In this document: positions 26,701 to 40,619 of the stretch, piece after piece
Position numbering within the stretch: the first letter of the stretch is position 1
Layout of the letters: each line of letters starts with the position of its first letter
Assembly (NCBI GenBank): GCA_026770705.1
Contig: JANJGN010000019.1
Span: 105,214,001-105,278,000 of the forward strand
Direction of reading: 5' to 3'
Origin: Isurus oxyrinchus
Lineage: Eukaryota
DNA: 64,000 bases
Notes under the pieces: generated by a model
Seen by the model: only the letters and a program-made list of their open reading frames with translations
Databases searched by the model: none
What the model was told of the DNA's origin: nothing
Translations under genes and position numbers: made by a program

Positions 26701-27361
26701 AAGCGAGAGGTAAGGCATCGTTGGCTTCTATAGCCAATACTAGCCAGTTATTTTCATAAAGAGCTGCATGTAACAGTGCTGGCAAGTCCAGAACAGCACT
26801 GTGGTACTGAGCCTCACTGAGGAGTCAGCAAGTGCTCTGGGCTCATGTTCCTCCTCTGTTCAGGGGCAGCCTGACTCTTAGGCTCCTCAGCAGGTGTGTT
26901 TGAATATGTAAAGTCCTGTCCTGAAGCATCAGCATTGCAGTCAGCTTGCCAGAGGGAATAAAGTCATTGGAATCTATTCCTGCACTGAACCCTTTGTCTC
27001 TGGACTACATTTTATCTGCTCACTGTCTCCACCACATCGAGCCAGGCCTGCTTGGTCTGGGAGGGTGGTCTCTCCTGGTGACACCCTCCCTCTTCTCCCT
27101 CACTGCTGAAGGAGGGCTTTCAGGTTGGGTTTTTGCAAAGTGAGGGGCAGCCCTGTCTGATTTAAAGCCGTCTGCCTTTCCTGCTCCATATTTGTTCCAG
27201 CAAGTGAACCTTCAAAACAGCAGCCACAGTATTGGCTACCACGTGAGGTCTAAATCAAGTCTGTTCTCTTTCAGTTCTGCCTCCATTCCTGTCCCTGCAT
27301 CTACTTATTGGCTGCCCAACCTGCCCACATGAAAGTCGGGGGCTGTGACTGCTTCCCCACA

Positions 27362-27426
27362 TGGTGGTGGGGTGGGGGGGGGGAAGAGTGGTGCTGGTGG
27401 GATGGGGAGGGGGTGGGGGGGGGTGG
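27362..27426 (+). repeat. G-rich low-complexity tract (potential G-quadruplex)
   Basis: Multiple runs of three or more G: ggggtgggggggggg...gggatggggagggggtggggggggggtgg. Confidence 0.7.
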
Positions 27427-28999
27427 TTAGGACATCAAAAACATCCCAGCATCCAATTCCTACCCACAGAAGAAAAATAAGGAAAATAGTGTCTGAGTTA
27501 GCTAATCTCAATGTCCCTGGTTTAGGAGACAGAAGATCGCATAGGTTTGTCCTTTCAGCTGCTACCCAGCAACCTCTCACACAAGTAGGACTATGCTTTC
27601 TGCAATCAGCTTGTGAGCACAGCTCTCAGGTTCGCACACGAATAGTAGGCACTTGACATCATTTAGAAGGTGACTGCCAGCCAACGAACAGGCAGAAAAT
27701 GGGTAGCAAAAAAAATTTTTTTTTTTTTTTTTACTGTTTTCGCAGTTCTCAAAATGAGACATTTATTATAAGGACTTGTAAGTAAAATTTTCTAAACAGG
27801 GAAGAAGAGTTCTGAAGGAATTCTCTGCAGCCATGGTCAAGGAGACTCGTCAGTATAACTGTATCAAGCTGATTCTGGAATGCTTTAGTAAAAATACCGT
27901 AATATGAAGCATAGTAAATTTAAAACATAGTTAATAGCACACACATTTTTTAAAAATCCACAATTTAGCAGGTCTCAGAGATGTCTCCAGTCCACTGTCT
28001 CACTCTCAGAAGGTTTTGCACATTCTGACGTAACGATGAAGAGATTTGAAATGGGGTCTGTATGATGGCAATGAAGACATTACACTTTGCTTGAACCTCA
28101 ACCTTCTGCAACCAAATGCTACTGACCAACAGGTCTGCTATTTTATTGGGCCACAGCCTTCATTATACGAGGAATGGCTCATCATGTGGTAATTCACATT
28201 GGTATTAAGTCTTTGAGATGATATCCACATCCAGCAACATCAAACCTTCAGCAGTTTACTGTCCAGACTCCTGGATCCCTGACAGAGGAAGTATGAGAGA
28301 TTTCTATGATATGCACCACTTGCAAATACCAAACAAAGTAATCCCTTTAAAAAAAGTGTCAAACTTAACAAAGGTTCTTGAATAAGTATATTAACTAATT
28401 TGGTGTTCTTTTCCAGGAGAGCCAAGAAGCTGAAGTCTCACTGGGATGTGGAAAAAGCTTTCTTGCTCTTATTTCACACCCCTTCTTTTTCTAAGGCAGA
28501 TGGAACTCAAATAACAAAGTTTTCACTGAAAATTACTGTGAAAGTTAGGAACTGCATAGGAATGTTTCATAATCTGATATGGACATTACACTTAGTCTTT
28601 CATTTCCAGAGAAAAATTGTTCAGAAACAAGGTTAATATATTTTATGTGTATATCTCAATGCTTCTTGTAATTAAGTGATGTGACAGAATGAGTAACTAG
28701 AATTAAATCCATATCAATGACAGAATTTCTGAATAAGAAAAAGATGGCATTGTGGAACCCTGAGATTGAGATAGTTAGATCCTGCAGCTGACCTCGAGTG
28801 AGTAAAGTCCTTTAACCTGAGTTCCCTTAAATGACTTAATATCAGTACCTCTACCTGACAAGCCAGGAAGGGATAAGGTATTCAATTAATGACTTCTAAA
28901 TAATGACTGCAGAGAAAGATCTGTGCTTACATATATTCTTGACAAGTCTCAGTATATCAAGAAATGTTTCCAACATAATGAACCACCTTAAACTGTACT

Positions 29000-29230
29000 A
29001 TTAGGTAGGTGCAGCAGCACACAACATCCACAAACAGGAACACTATGAATGACAACTGTGTTTTTGGACATGTTGGTTAAGTAACAAATGCTGGCCTGGA
29101 TATTGGGAGAGCTCTCTTCCTTTCCTCAAATTGTATTATGAGATACTTAATGCCATCTAAATCATCTAAATAGGTAAATGGGGCCTTTGTTTCACATCTT
29201 GAGCCGATGAAACATCAGCAGCTGGAAAGA
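29000..29230 (-). mobile_element. Degraded SacSINE1-like SINE
   Basis: Weak similarity to 45826-46268 (acatccacaaacagg; ggggcctttgtttcacatctt). Confidence 0.45.
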
Positions 29231-31286
29231 GATATGCAAACAGTAAGTAGGAGAACACATTCCTACAGACAGAGGAAGTAGCTGCAACATGTACAATGGA
29301 ATATGATATGCATTAGCGATGTAATCAACAATGATGGTGCCAATGCACTCACATTTTAAGATGAGCTGTGCTGCACCCCATACCACTCATGAGGAGTGTT
29401 TTGCATCTGCTGTTCATGTAAGAGGAGCTCAAACAAGCTGGTTATCTAATAACCAACTGAAGACTATTCTCCAAAGTAAGGGTGAAGTATAATCTCTGAG
29501 GTGAGATGACACAGCCAGTAATGAGAGATTGGAACAGAATCAATCCTGTGGAAAGCTCAATAATTCATTGACTGAGCCAGGTGAAACGGTAGCATCCCAG
29601 CACATTGTTGACAAGGAAGTGACCAAGACGACTTATTTAGCTTGTCTGGAATGATAGCTACCAATGGAAGCTAGAATTCTTCTCACTTGGCTCCAGTTAA
29701 AAGCTAAGTCTTAATGAGTGCAATGGACAGTGTGAAGCTTGCTTGTGCCTTGTGTTGCACTATATTAGCTAATTAGAATCCAGCAGTCCCTCTCCGAGAA
29801 CACTTGGGTCTCTCCTAATTTTAGATCTTGCAAACTTATCCCTAAGCTTTCTGGATGGTGATTGTGATGGGACCCTTCAGAGATGTGTGCATCCTATATA
29901 GGACAAACAGAAACTCTACCAGTGTTGATTTTCCAATAGTTTGTCTGAAGGTTCTGAAGCATGCTGATGGGTTTTTGACAATGTCACATAGCTGGATGAC
30001 AAAAAGAAACAAAAAGCACCTCTGACAATGCAGCATATAGGAAAAGGAGGACATTCAACTCCTTGAGCCTGGTTCACTGCCACTCAATGACAATGATTTG
30101 CAACTTAACTCCTTCCATTCTATATTGTAGTAAGACTGTGCAAAAGTCTTGAATTGGGTTTGAACTACAACCTTTTGGGCCTTCAAAGCCATGGAGTTTT
30201 CTGCTACTTCAAAAGAAGAATGGATCAGTAATTAATGGCATACCCCGATGTTGAGGCTCATGTCTAAGGAGGAATGTATACTAACGACGATATGTTAGAT
30301 ATCAATAAATTCAGCCACATGAAAGCCACCTAATGAGCATAGATATCATGACAAGTGCTGACTAAACATTACAATGTTTGAAGTTGCAACTTTAAAAGTG
30401 TACTTCATCAACAAACACTTAGAAAAGAGGGGAAATTCCGTTATTTTTGTGCATCGATTATAAACACACTTTTGAGAACAAGAAAGAAAAATGCAGCCGA
30501 AAGCAACTCCAAAAAATAGTTTGAGCTATCTGATTGTTTCCTTTTGCCGCTGGTTTCATGTTGCTGGGTTTGAAAGCAAAAGGAGTAATTTGACCAGATG
30601 ACTTTGTGGCGCCTGTTCATTGTGAACTGGCAGCTTTTCCTACTTGCCTTGCCAATAAACATTTGGCATTCATATTATGGCAGAATGAGGGTAGTCAATT
30701 TTAGTAACCTGACAGTGGTTATTTTAGCTTATAACGATATTCCTGCCTTACTAACACCTTCAAGATGAGAAGACGATGTTTGAGATGAGATACTTTATGG
30801 ATGTTCACCGTATGTAGGACATGGTAAACATATAATATGTATGCATGTGTATATACTATGTATTGGACACCAAATATGGACATTAGGAGGAGGAAACAAC
30901 CTCCTACTCTTGAAGGAATATTTGAATTTTGGACAGACTGCATTGCAATAAAGCAAGAAATAGAAAAAAATTTAAAATTTAAAGAACGCTTCAGGACAAA
31001 AGACTGAAAATATACACAGTGCAAAGAATGGCACCTCATAGAATGGGATTGGCAGCAATGTCACTATAATAACAGTGGTGGGGGGCAGGAGGTGGGGAAC
31101 TAAGGGTAATAGGCAACAGGAAGGTAGTCCGGATTGCCAGCAGCCAAAAGAGTCAAAGAATCAAAGCTTCACAGTGGTTCCTCCCATGGAATCTGCTAAC
31201 TTATCAATTTTGTGTAGAGTACAACAAATGAGAAATGTACGCTTTTTATAATTGTATGATTGATTAGTAGGCCAGCAGAGACTTAC

Positions 31287-31352
31287 CAACTGGTACCTCT
31301 AAAATTATGTCAGGCGTTTTGTCATAGCCCTTAGCACGCAATTGATCTTCAT
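31287..31352 (-). CDS. CDIN1: CDIN1 coding exon (66 bp, phase 1 to 1) carrying the PD of the PD-(D/E)XK motif
   Basis: gtag|AT GAA GAT CAA TTG CGT GCT AAG GGC TAT GAC AAA ACG CCT GAC ATA ATT TTA GAG GTA CCA GTT G|gtaagt translates to (D)[21 protein letters not shown]. Confidence 0.96.
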
Positions 31353-33313
31353 CTACACAAGTAAGACAAAGAGAAGTTGAAGTGAATGTAGCAGTTGATT
31401 AGTACATGTTTCCATTTCTATGTAATACATTAGCATTTAACTTATATGCAAAACACCAAAAAAAAGGTTACATCAGAGCAGAAACCAAATGTCCTCACAA
31501 TAGCCATGATGCTTCTAAAGTTTAATGAAGAACTGGTTTTAATAAATGAATTTAGGGACCCCAAGAACATTCAAAGTAACACATGCAAGCAATTCATTGT
31601 ATGGAACTTAAACATGGCACTTTTTTGGGAAAATAAACACAAGTGTATATTCACATTGGCTACTTCCTGCTCTTTTAAGCACATTAAGAGTAATTTTCTC
31701 GCAAGTTTGAATAATAAAATCAGGCAAGTCACAACACTTTCCTCCAGAGGAATCTGCCCGATTTTTCTCATAGTTAAATGATTGAAAGGAAAATAGGGTG
31801 GGTTCTTTTATAGGCATGTACGCTGACTTGAACAATTTTCCAACATTGACAGTGTCCATGCAATCCAGTGAACCTGGACGCACACAGAAAAATCACCCGT
31901 ATTAAGTCTCAGGTGATAATCAAATGAAATTTATAATTTCTGAGGGTTCCTCTGAAGACTTGAGTTTGGTGGGGGGGGGGGGGGGGAGATAGCCAATTCT
32001 CAGATACCCTATTGTCCGGTATCACATATCAAAACACTTCCTTGGACCGAGTCAAAAGGTAGTTTAAAAGTGAAAATGCTGCCCTTTTACAAAATATTAG
32101 CTTTCATATTTAATTCTGCAAATACAGAAGCTTACAAGTCTATGTACTGTTTAAATACAAAAATGTTTGCAACCCTGGCAATTGTCAGCGTGCTCTGTTC
32201 TTGTCCAGTCAGTAAAGCGTCCTTGACTCTAAGTGGCTCACTGTTATTATTTCTGAAACACCTGATTTCTCCATTACATTTTGGGTGACCTGGTCATTCA
32301 ATTCCAGACATGCCTTTCTGTCTTCACCCAACCTAAACTAATAGCTAAAACAAGTAACAGAGAAGGTTGTGTGGTCTCTCTTAACACCTACTGGGCTGTT
32401 GACATTGCGGTACAGCCTACTCTCCTTTTCACATCACCTCTGATTAAAATTAATGGCCCATTCCACTGCTGGGTAGCCAATTTCCAATCCATTTATCAGC
32501 AGAGGACAGTACTTTCATGGCCAATGTTCTGAAACTCTGACAGTTTTGCTGTTGTGCCTCATGAGAAAATTCCAAGGTCAACACAATTTCATGTCCAAAT
32601 AAATTATATGCCTTTAATGTAACTATTTCTGGGATTTTATTTGGTGGATAATTAGCATTTGCCAGTGTGACATTGTTCCCAATGAAAATGAAGATTGCAA
32701 AAAAACAAGTTAATCTTTTGGAGTTCACTGTTTGGAACGATTTGTACCTTGGATTACTGTTCATGTAAAAATGCCACTGGAAGTTTTTTCTCCCAATGCT
32801 TTATTTGTTTTATGTAGAAAGAGTCTTTTCATTGTTAGACCCAAAGGTTTCAGTACTGAAACATACTTTGATATACATGTTATCAAGTTAGTTCATGCAT
32901 GAGAGTGGATCTTAACCTTCTCTATCACTATATAAACAACACCAGTTTTCTATTTTTGCTTAAATTGCCATTTTCCAAGGTCTGGTTTATCGGCATATTC
33001 CACATACATTTGTAGTTTTAAGATAACTAACTCAAACAAAAGTTATAATATTCAGTAAGAGTGTTTGAACAGTTAATTAAATATGTATCCATTGGCTATG
33101 AGAACATACATTTCAGACTGTGTCACTCTTGCAAAGCATCACGTGTGAAGTCTGTTATACCTGACTGGCTCAAATAGCCATTTAACTTAATTATGCTGAT
33201 TCACGCAAATATAATATTAAAAATTTTGTGCCCTCTTTAAATATTCTCTCATATTTGCCAGTGCTTGGCAACCTATAAATGGCCCCATATATTACATTAC
33301 GGTGGATGTTTCC

Positions 33314-33500
33314 ACATAAGAATGTAAGAAACAGGAACCAGGAGAAGACTATATGGCCCATTGAGCCATATATTATGGCTGATCCAGGGCTTCAACTCCA
33401 TGTTGCCGCCTGCCCCTATATCCACTCATTCTCTGAAAGACCAAATTCTGTCCATCTCAGCCTTAAATATATTCAATGATGGCACATCCACAACCCACCC
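33314..33500 (-). mobile_element. CR1 LINE 3' UTR fragment
   Basis: cataagaatgtaagaaacaggaaccaggagaagactatatggcccattgagcc...ctcagccttaaatatattcaatga is a typical reverse-orientation CR1 3' end. Confidence 0.7.
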
Positions 33501-35951
33501 TCTAATCATGTGGCTACATTACTTGGGGTATAACAATCGTAAGCCTTTCTGATCTGATCTGAACATCATCTCACACATGGGCCCTCACACGTACTGCTCC
33601 AATCTTTCAGTAGTTAGATTGAGATTACTTTAGTGAGACAAGGTCACATATGAGTTGTTTATTTTACAAACACAGCAAGTGAATGTAGAGAGTAAAAGTT
33701 GGAATCAAAACTTACCACTTCACTTAACTTCAAACTGCTCTTGTTGAGTAAGTACAATAATAAACCATGCTACCTACCCTGGATTAGCAGCTGAATACTT
33801 TCTTTTGGTCAGTTTAGAATTAAAACAAGCCAAGTCATATGTGGGCTTGATTGATGCCATAACACTTGTTTGCCCAATCAACTAGCTTGATCTTTTCTTC
33901 ACTTTCTCCCAACAGATCATCCATTTTTGTTGGTGAAGCAGGCTTGAGGAGCCTATTCCTGCTCCTAATTCATATGTTGCTCTGGCTACAGGAAATAGCT
34001 GGACTGTCCCTCTAACTTCTTCCTGTTTCCATGATTCACCAGTATACCTGTCAATGAAATCAACTACCACCTCCTAACTCGAGCAAAATCTCTGGAGGCA
34101 CCTCATTCTGGGTCAAATGACGAGATCATCCCAATGATAACACAAGATGAGATAATGAATTAACTATTGTCTGCTGCCAATTACTAATCATATCTTCAAT
34201 ACCTGGTCTAATAATAGATACACTTTTCAATGTCTCTGTGCCTACAGAAATAACTAAGCAGAATTTTAATTCAAAAAAACGCCACTTAAATGTAACTAAT
34301 TTCCAAATCCTGTCCAAGGGAAAAATAGTCAAAAAATTCAATCTGTGACATGTAGGTAGATAAGAAGTGATTATAAGCCAACAAGAAGTACCAGTCATGG
34401 ACCAGAAGCCCGCACAAACCTATGCAAATCCCTCATTTGTTTTTATCCAAAGCTACCTAAAAGGAACTAGCCAGTCACTGCTAAAACAAATCAAATCATT
34501 AAAATTATTGTTTCTCAATATTTTTGAGAAAAGGGCATTAATAACACATTTCTGAAAATCACAAAAACTTACTAAGAAAATGATTCATTTAACGCTGTTA
34601 AATGCCTACAGGAGTTTTCCAGTCTGCAAGTCTGTCCTGCCAATCTAGCTGGGGAGATGGAATTGTGCTTCAGTCTCAAAAGTTGGAAATTTAACCAAAG
34701 TCTTGGGTTCTCAGGATTTCCAACCCCAATTGATAAATTGTGTGTGTGAGTGACAGTCAGAGATTGAGAGTCTAAATGTAGATACAGGGGTTTGCAATTC
34801 CCAAACTGCTCTTGTGGAACTACAACACCCATACTGTTTGAAAACGAGACACAACTTACTGAGATACGAATGGGCCACTAACCACCAAAATACCCACAAG
34901 TGTTACAAGCTGTCCAAATCTTCCCCACACCTAATGCTCAATAAATCCAGTGCTCTAACTAATCTTTGTGCTAAGTAACTGTGCCCTGAGTTTGAGGTTG
35001 TTCATGCTGAACACAGTACTGCATCAATGTACTGAACCCTCAGAAGATGCACATACCTGCAAACACAACATAGCCTACGATGCGTCACAATACAATGAAA
35101 ATAGGTAAACTATGCTCAATTTGATGAAAAACGTACCCAACAGTCAGGTTAAAATAGTGTATTGCTTCAGGAATACCCTGTACCAGGACAGACAAGAAAT
35201 TCAACGGCTATTCAATATGCCACACACAGGACAGTGAAAGGGTGATTTTTTTCTGACTGCAGTGTTAATTTACGGTCAAAGATGGGTTAAGAATAAACTG
35301 CAATTCTATATTTAATGGAAATTTAAATTTGATTTAGATACTTAATACTTGTGCTTTAAGCAAAAACACAGATGCTTATATTAGTTGGGAGAGAAAATAA
35401 AACTCCCGAATTAATTATCTACTTAAAGACTTTCAATAGACACACAGAACCAAAAATTGTTTTCTACAAGCACAAACACGCATGTGTCCAAAGTTATTAT
35501 GCAATTCTCCACTCCAAGAATCGATCAAGTAATTGTTAGTTTATCTTCCTTTTAGGATACCTTCTACACATCAGACAGTTGCTTCCTCCAACTCCTTTCT
35601 TTGATATGTAAACCACCTCTTAAGTATGTTTCCCTGTGCTACATTTCAAGTCTCTGAAGAGATGGATCATATATATAATCTCAGGATAGCGAAAGTATTA
35701 ACAGAAGCGGATATTAAAAAGGTATTTTCCAACTACTTATTCCATAAAATATTAATTACAAGGTTGTACGTGTGCTATATATAAGAGTATTAGGTATCTG
35801 ATTTCCTGCCTAGTCCTAAATCAATATAAGATAACATGCACAGCATCAATCATCTCAGCTTTTCTTTCAGCCCTACAGATACAATGCACGTATTGCAGTT
35901 TCCTTTCAAGTAAACAGCTGTGAAATAAATTGTTTATCATCAAATTCTTAC

Positions 35952-36019
35952 CTAAAAAGGATAGTTTTTTTCTTTGCAATTGTTCACGAAGCAGAATTTC
36001 ATGCTCCTGTCCAATGGCA
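35952..36019 (-). CDS. CDIN1: CDIN1 coding exon (68 bp, phase 2 to 1)
   Basis: acag|T GCC ATT GGA CAG GAG CAT GAA ATT ... TCC TTT TTA G|gtaaga translates to AIGQEHEILLREQLQRKKLSFL; human is [22 protein letters not shown]. The frame is continuous with both neighbouring exons. Confidence 0.95.
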
Positions 36020-39000
36020 CTGTAGGTTGTAAGTTAAGGAAGGGATGTTGATGATACACATGACTGCAACAACGGTTGGTTAGAATATGTTCTTCATAAT
36101 AGTCAATATTTTTAACTACACATTACATTGGACGAACAATAAGAACATCAATGCTGATATAAAGTCAACCTAAATTAACCTTTGATGGGCCATGTGAAGC
36201 ATTTTGGACTGAAGAAAGCTGGTTAATATTTTGTTAAATGGGAAAGATTAATTTCAATAATGCTGCCAAATAGATCATATACTGGGGCCATATAGTTTGT
36301 TCAACATTACCTTAATTAGAATTTAAAATTTAAAATAGCCTGTTCAACAAATAAGTTATACAAAGAACAAAATTAAGAGAGTTGTTTCAAACTGTACTTT
36401 GAACTCTTCCAAGAAAATTCACTGACCCCAGCAGACCAGTGAAAATATTAAGGGGGCATAAAAAAGCACATTATGTAATGTTCATGTACAATGTATTATG
36501 GTAGTGAAGCAGGTGTTTAGGAGAGTCTGAATTTATGATTGTTGGTCTGTTAGCCAATCCCAGCCAGGTTATTTGATGGGCCATTATCATGAGCTCATAG
36601 CCTCAAGGCTAAAGGGCTTATATTGGCTAGGGAATCTATTTCTGATTCATCTTCCTAGGTGCTATGCATGACCCATAACAACAGTAATTGCACAATGTTA
36701 TTCATTCTTTGTAAAGGAGTTTGGAATATTTCTGAGGGATATGATAAGGTGCTAAAGAATTTGGGTTCTTTACGTTTTTGTCTTATGGCCCTTACTGAAG
36801 GTGTGTTAACTTCTCAGTAAAAACAGATCAAGGTTGCCTGTGATAACAGTATGGCTGATGAGCCCATTGGTACTCTCTTGTTTAGGTTTGGGGGTGAAGG
36901 ATGCCACTTGGGCAAGGTAACAATTAACTGTCAATGACTACAGAAACCATGTCCCAGCATAAAAGTCATTGCCTTCAAGTGGGATGGAACAATGAAACAT
37001 AACTGGAAGGTAATAAATGAAAAGAACAAAATAAACAAAAACGCATCAAAATACTGCAGGTACTATTTAAACAATAGCTGATGCATTTAAAAATCTGTTG
37101 TGTCATTGCTGCATGGTCCATGGAGAAAAACACATGTAAATGGCCTCAGCAACTTCCCAGAATTAACCTAATATTTCTGAAAAACCAGTCTCCTGACATT
37201 TATGCTGAAGTTGACTTTATTTTGTTGTTGCTGTTTTACATACGTTTAGATAGTTAATATTTAAAATCAATATACAATCCTTCACAATATATTATCTTCG
37301 CAAAGCTTAACTTGAAATTGATTTGCTTAAATCACCTGATCTACTAAAGCTACAGCATTCTTAATATTAAATAGGTTTGGCATAGTCTTTGTTAACTAAG
37401 GTATCTGAATAACTAATTTATATATCAGCAACAATTTCATAATTTTTAAAACAGATACTGTACAAAGAGTACAGTTTCTTTTGACACATTTTGCTAACAT
37501 ATATATTAAACACATATCTTAAAATGGACTGTAAAAATATTCAAATGCTTATTGTTTTGTTACGATATCAATGGGCGCCGCTCCGATAGAAATCCCAATG
37601 TTAATTTCATGACCTACTTGCAATGCCTGTTACATCACTAAGTGGTCCTTTCTTCCCCCGAATTATTCAAAATGCTTTGACAAGAAAAATCAGCTATTTT
37701 TATTTCTCAGTAACTGAAATTTCTCATGAACAAAGTATGTTTTAAACAAGAACAAAAATCAGTTAAACTATTTTTTGACTCAAAGATTTTAGAAATAAAA
37801 TTGAAAGGTGGTCGGAGTAAAGCATATAACCTCCTACAAGTTATCATAGATGAAACAAACTCTGTAGTATCCAAAGCTGAAAGGATCACTGTGATGACGA
37901 GTGCATTTAAAGAGGCGTCCTTTTATAAAATTAACAAGGTTATAATCAACTTGACCACCCATTTCTTTTCTGTTTATTTCTTAATTATTGGTTAAAACTG
38001 CAAATTCTGACAATATCATTAGGGTAGCAGCTAAGAATTTACTGACAGACTTAAGTAGGGAAATTGAATTCATACCTGAGTTGATAGCATTATTTTATTG
38101 GGAGGCTTGAGCTGTGTGATATGTCATTTCAATTTCCTCATATTATTGTTAAGTTGTTCTCAACCCGTCAAAAAGTTACCAGTATTCACTGTTTACAACA
38201 TTTAAAAAAAAACTGGCCAACACAAAAATGAATAAGTATCCTGATGGCAGAGGATTTGCTTACAACAAAAACTTGAGCACATAATAGCATCAGACAAAAT
38301 TTTGCATGAAACATTTCTGCTTCAATGCTGAACATCAACATCAAATCGAATTCACTGCACTAATCCATGTGAATGATATACTGCATTGTGGGAGACATAG
38401 GCTGTGTAAATGCAACTGGTTATCAGTGTGCTAGATGAAAGTAAGAGTGTATTGATGTGCACTGGTTATTAAATGTTCATCACGGTTTTTTTTTTAAAAA
38501 GAACTAACTGTCAATAGTTGATGAGCAAGAAACATGTTGCGATCATGAAATGACTTTAGCAGGGGGTGTTATTAACACAACCAGACAGGATCAAGTAAAC
38601 TGTTCCTGACCTATCAATCAACGTAGATCACTTTACACTGTTGTACTGATGCACAACATCAAAATATCTTTTTCCAACAATCCTTCGCTTGGAGGCCACA
38701 ATAAAGAATTATTTCCACAAATGTGCTTTATGTAATAAAGGAACATTTTAAATAAAACCAGTTGGTCTGGGTTTACACTGATATTTGCTGATGTTGCATC
38801 TTGGCACATAGTATCCCTCTGAATGAAAAAACTGCTCAACCCTCTCAATTCAATGACATGGGAAGGAAGGAATAATCACCCCATCAGAAATAGGTCAGCA
38901 TCAGGAGCAAAACATGAACAGCTGTTACTTGAACTGACAAAAAAATATTCTGGTAGGACACTGCTGCTGCGATTTCAAGTGATGTCTAAAATATTCCATA

Positions 39001-39749
39001 TAAAATGGTTTGATAACAAAACCTTAAAATGGGTTACATTGAAGTTATAAGTGAGAGTGACTAAGACACATGGACACAGGGATAAAACCTGCCAAATGAG
39101 ATCATAAAGACCACAACTGTGTTAAAGTATGCCATACAGAGAAACAGTGTCAATGCACAACAATCTCAGACAGTGTGACGCTGCCCTGGTGTAAAAACAT
39201 CCAGCTACGTAAACCTCAGAGTTTGATGTTTTGTGGAGGTCTAATAAGTTGATAATTAAAGTCTCAAACAATTTTTTACATCATTTAACAACAAAGTTAA
39301 TGCATATGCTACAGATTTATTAGAACTCTGACATCACAAATACTGGCATACGATTCACAAAGCTATAAACCTTCTGATCAGATATCCTGCAGGGTTGCAT
39401 TACTCTAATTTAGGCAAAAACTTTACTCTTGAACAGCTGAATACTGCCAATAAAAGCATCACTAAGCAACTCAGGATGAGCTTTCATAATAAATACTAGC
39501 TGGTATGAGAATATTATAGGTTAAAAACATTTGATAGGAGCAGAGTAATCACTAAATCACAAGGGTAGGTGACATTGAATCACTCCAGCTTAATTTTTAG
39601 TCTATAACATCAGTAGAGTGATTTGATGAAAATACCTCCTCTATCTTATATGTGTATTCACATGAGAAAGAAAGAGATCACAAAAGAACAGTAGCTTATA
39701 GCATCTTGAGCTCAAGCAAACACTGTTAAAAGATCGGTTAGAACACTCC

Positions 39750-40570
39750 ACTTTTTCCCTTAACCACCCCTGGGCTGGCAGAATGTGTGGTCAACATCAA
39801 GTCATGGACATGCCAACACTCTCTTTATCTAAACATTAGGAGGTGTGAAACCATCTTTTTCATCCCCACCCATGAACTCTGCTCCCTTGTCACTGGCACC
39901 AACCTCTCAATGGCCAATTGCTAAGGTTAAACCAGGTTGTCCAAAACTTGGAATTCTTTCAACCCAGAATTAAGCTTCTAATCTATGAGCTATCAAGAGC
40001 ACATTCTTCCACCTTTGCAATATTGTCTGCCTCTACCACCACTGAGACTCTTATCCATGCTTCTGTCCCTTTAGACCAGATTTCTCTAATGTGATCCTTA
40101 CAGGCCTTCTATCCTCCATAAACTTAGCTGCTCATATCCCTGTCCAACATCAAGTCCTGTTTACCTATTAAGTGCCATTTCCAATCTTGATTTCCTATTC
40201 TCAATGCTCTGAATTAAAATTATGTACTCATCTTAACTCCCTTTATGGCCTTGGTCCACCTTATATCAGCAAACTCCTTCAGTCTTGTAAACCATCCTGC
40301 ACCCTCCAATTCCTGCTTTCTTTGCCCCATCAGTGGTAGTAGAGCTTCTAACTGTCCCAGTCCAATTCTTTGTAACTGCCTCCCTGAAGCTATCTGCCTC
40401 TTTATCATTAAGTGTTTTTCTAAGCCTATTGTTTCACTCAAGCTTTCAGGTAACTGCTCCTAAATGTCCCTTCCATCATTTATCCCATGCTTCTTTATCC
40501 ATTTTATTTATTTCAATATTCCAATAAAAAACCATTCTCCATGTTGAATGTGTTAAACAAATCCAAGTTG
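39750..40570 (+). mobile_element. L2-clade LINE 3' portion (decayed)
   Basis: ctgagactcttatccatgcttctgtc (ETLIHAF), ttgccccatcagtggtagtagagc and a terminal tgttaaacaaatccaagttgtt are typical of L2 ends. Confidence 0.65.
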
Positions 40571-40619
40571 TTTAATTTTTAGTTTTTTTTTACAAATTCA
40601 GTCAGTACCTATCAACTTA

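Larger units (their letters stand above)
23388..27450. mobile_element. Decayed two-gene PIF/Harbinger DNA transposon (transposase on +, Myb/SANT gene on -)
   Basis: + strand 24260-25210 has AKVTVALNF..SGSF, GFPQVQSIIDYIYVTIK (consensus GFPxVxGAIDCTHV), VQLICN and SCYDTFIL, then an acidic tail. - strand near 26950-27160 has APHF...LKALL..V.E.RE, a Myb-like N-terminus. The start gggctgagtttt resembles Harbinger TIRs. The right boundary is uncertain. Confidence 0.8.

Noticed and set aside
27707-27735. A-run/T-run palindrome as a terminator or hairpin
   Set aside because: A simple homopolymer juxtaposition; bacterial-style terminators are irrelevant here.
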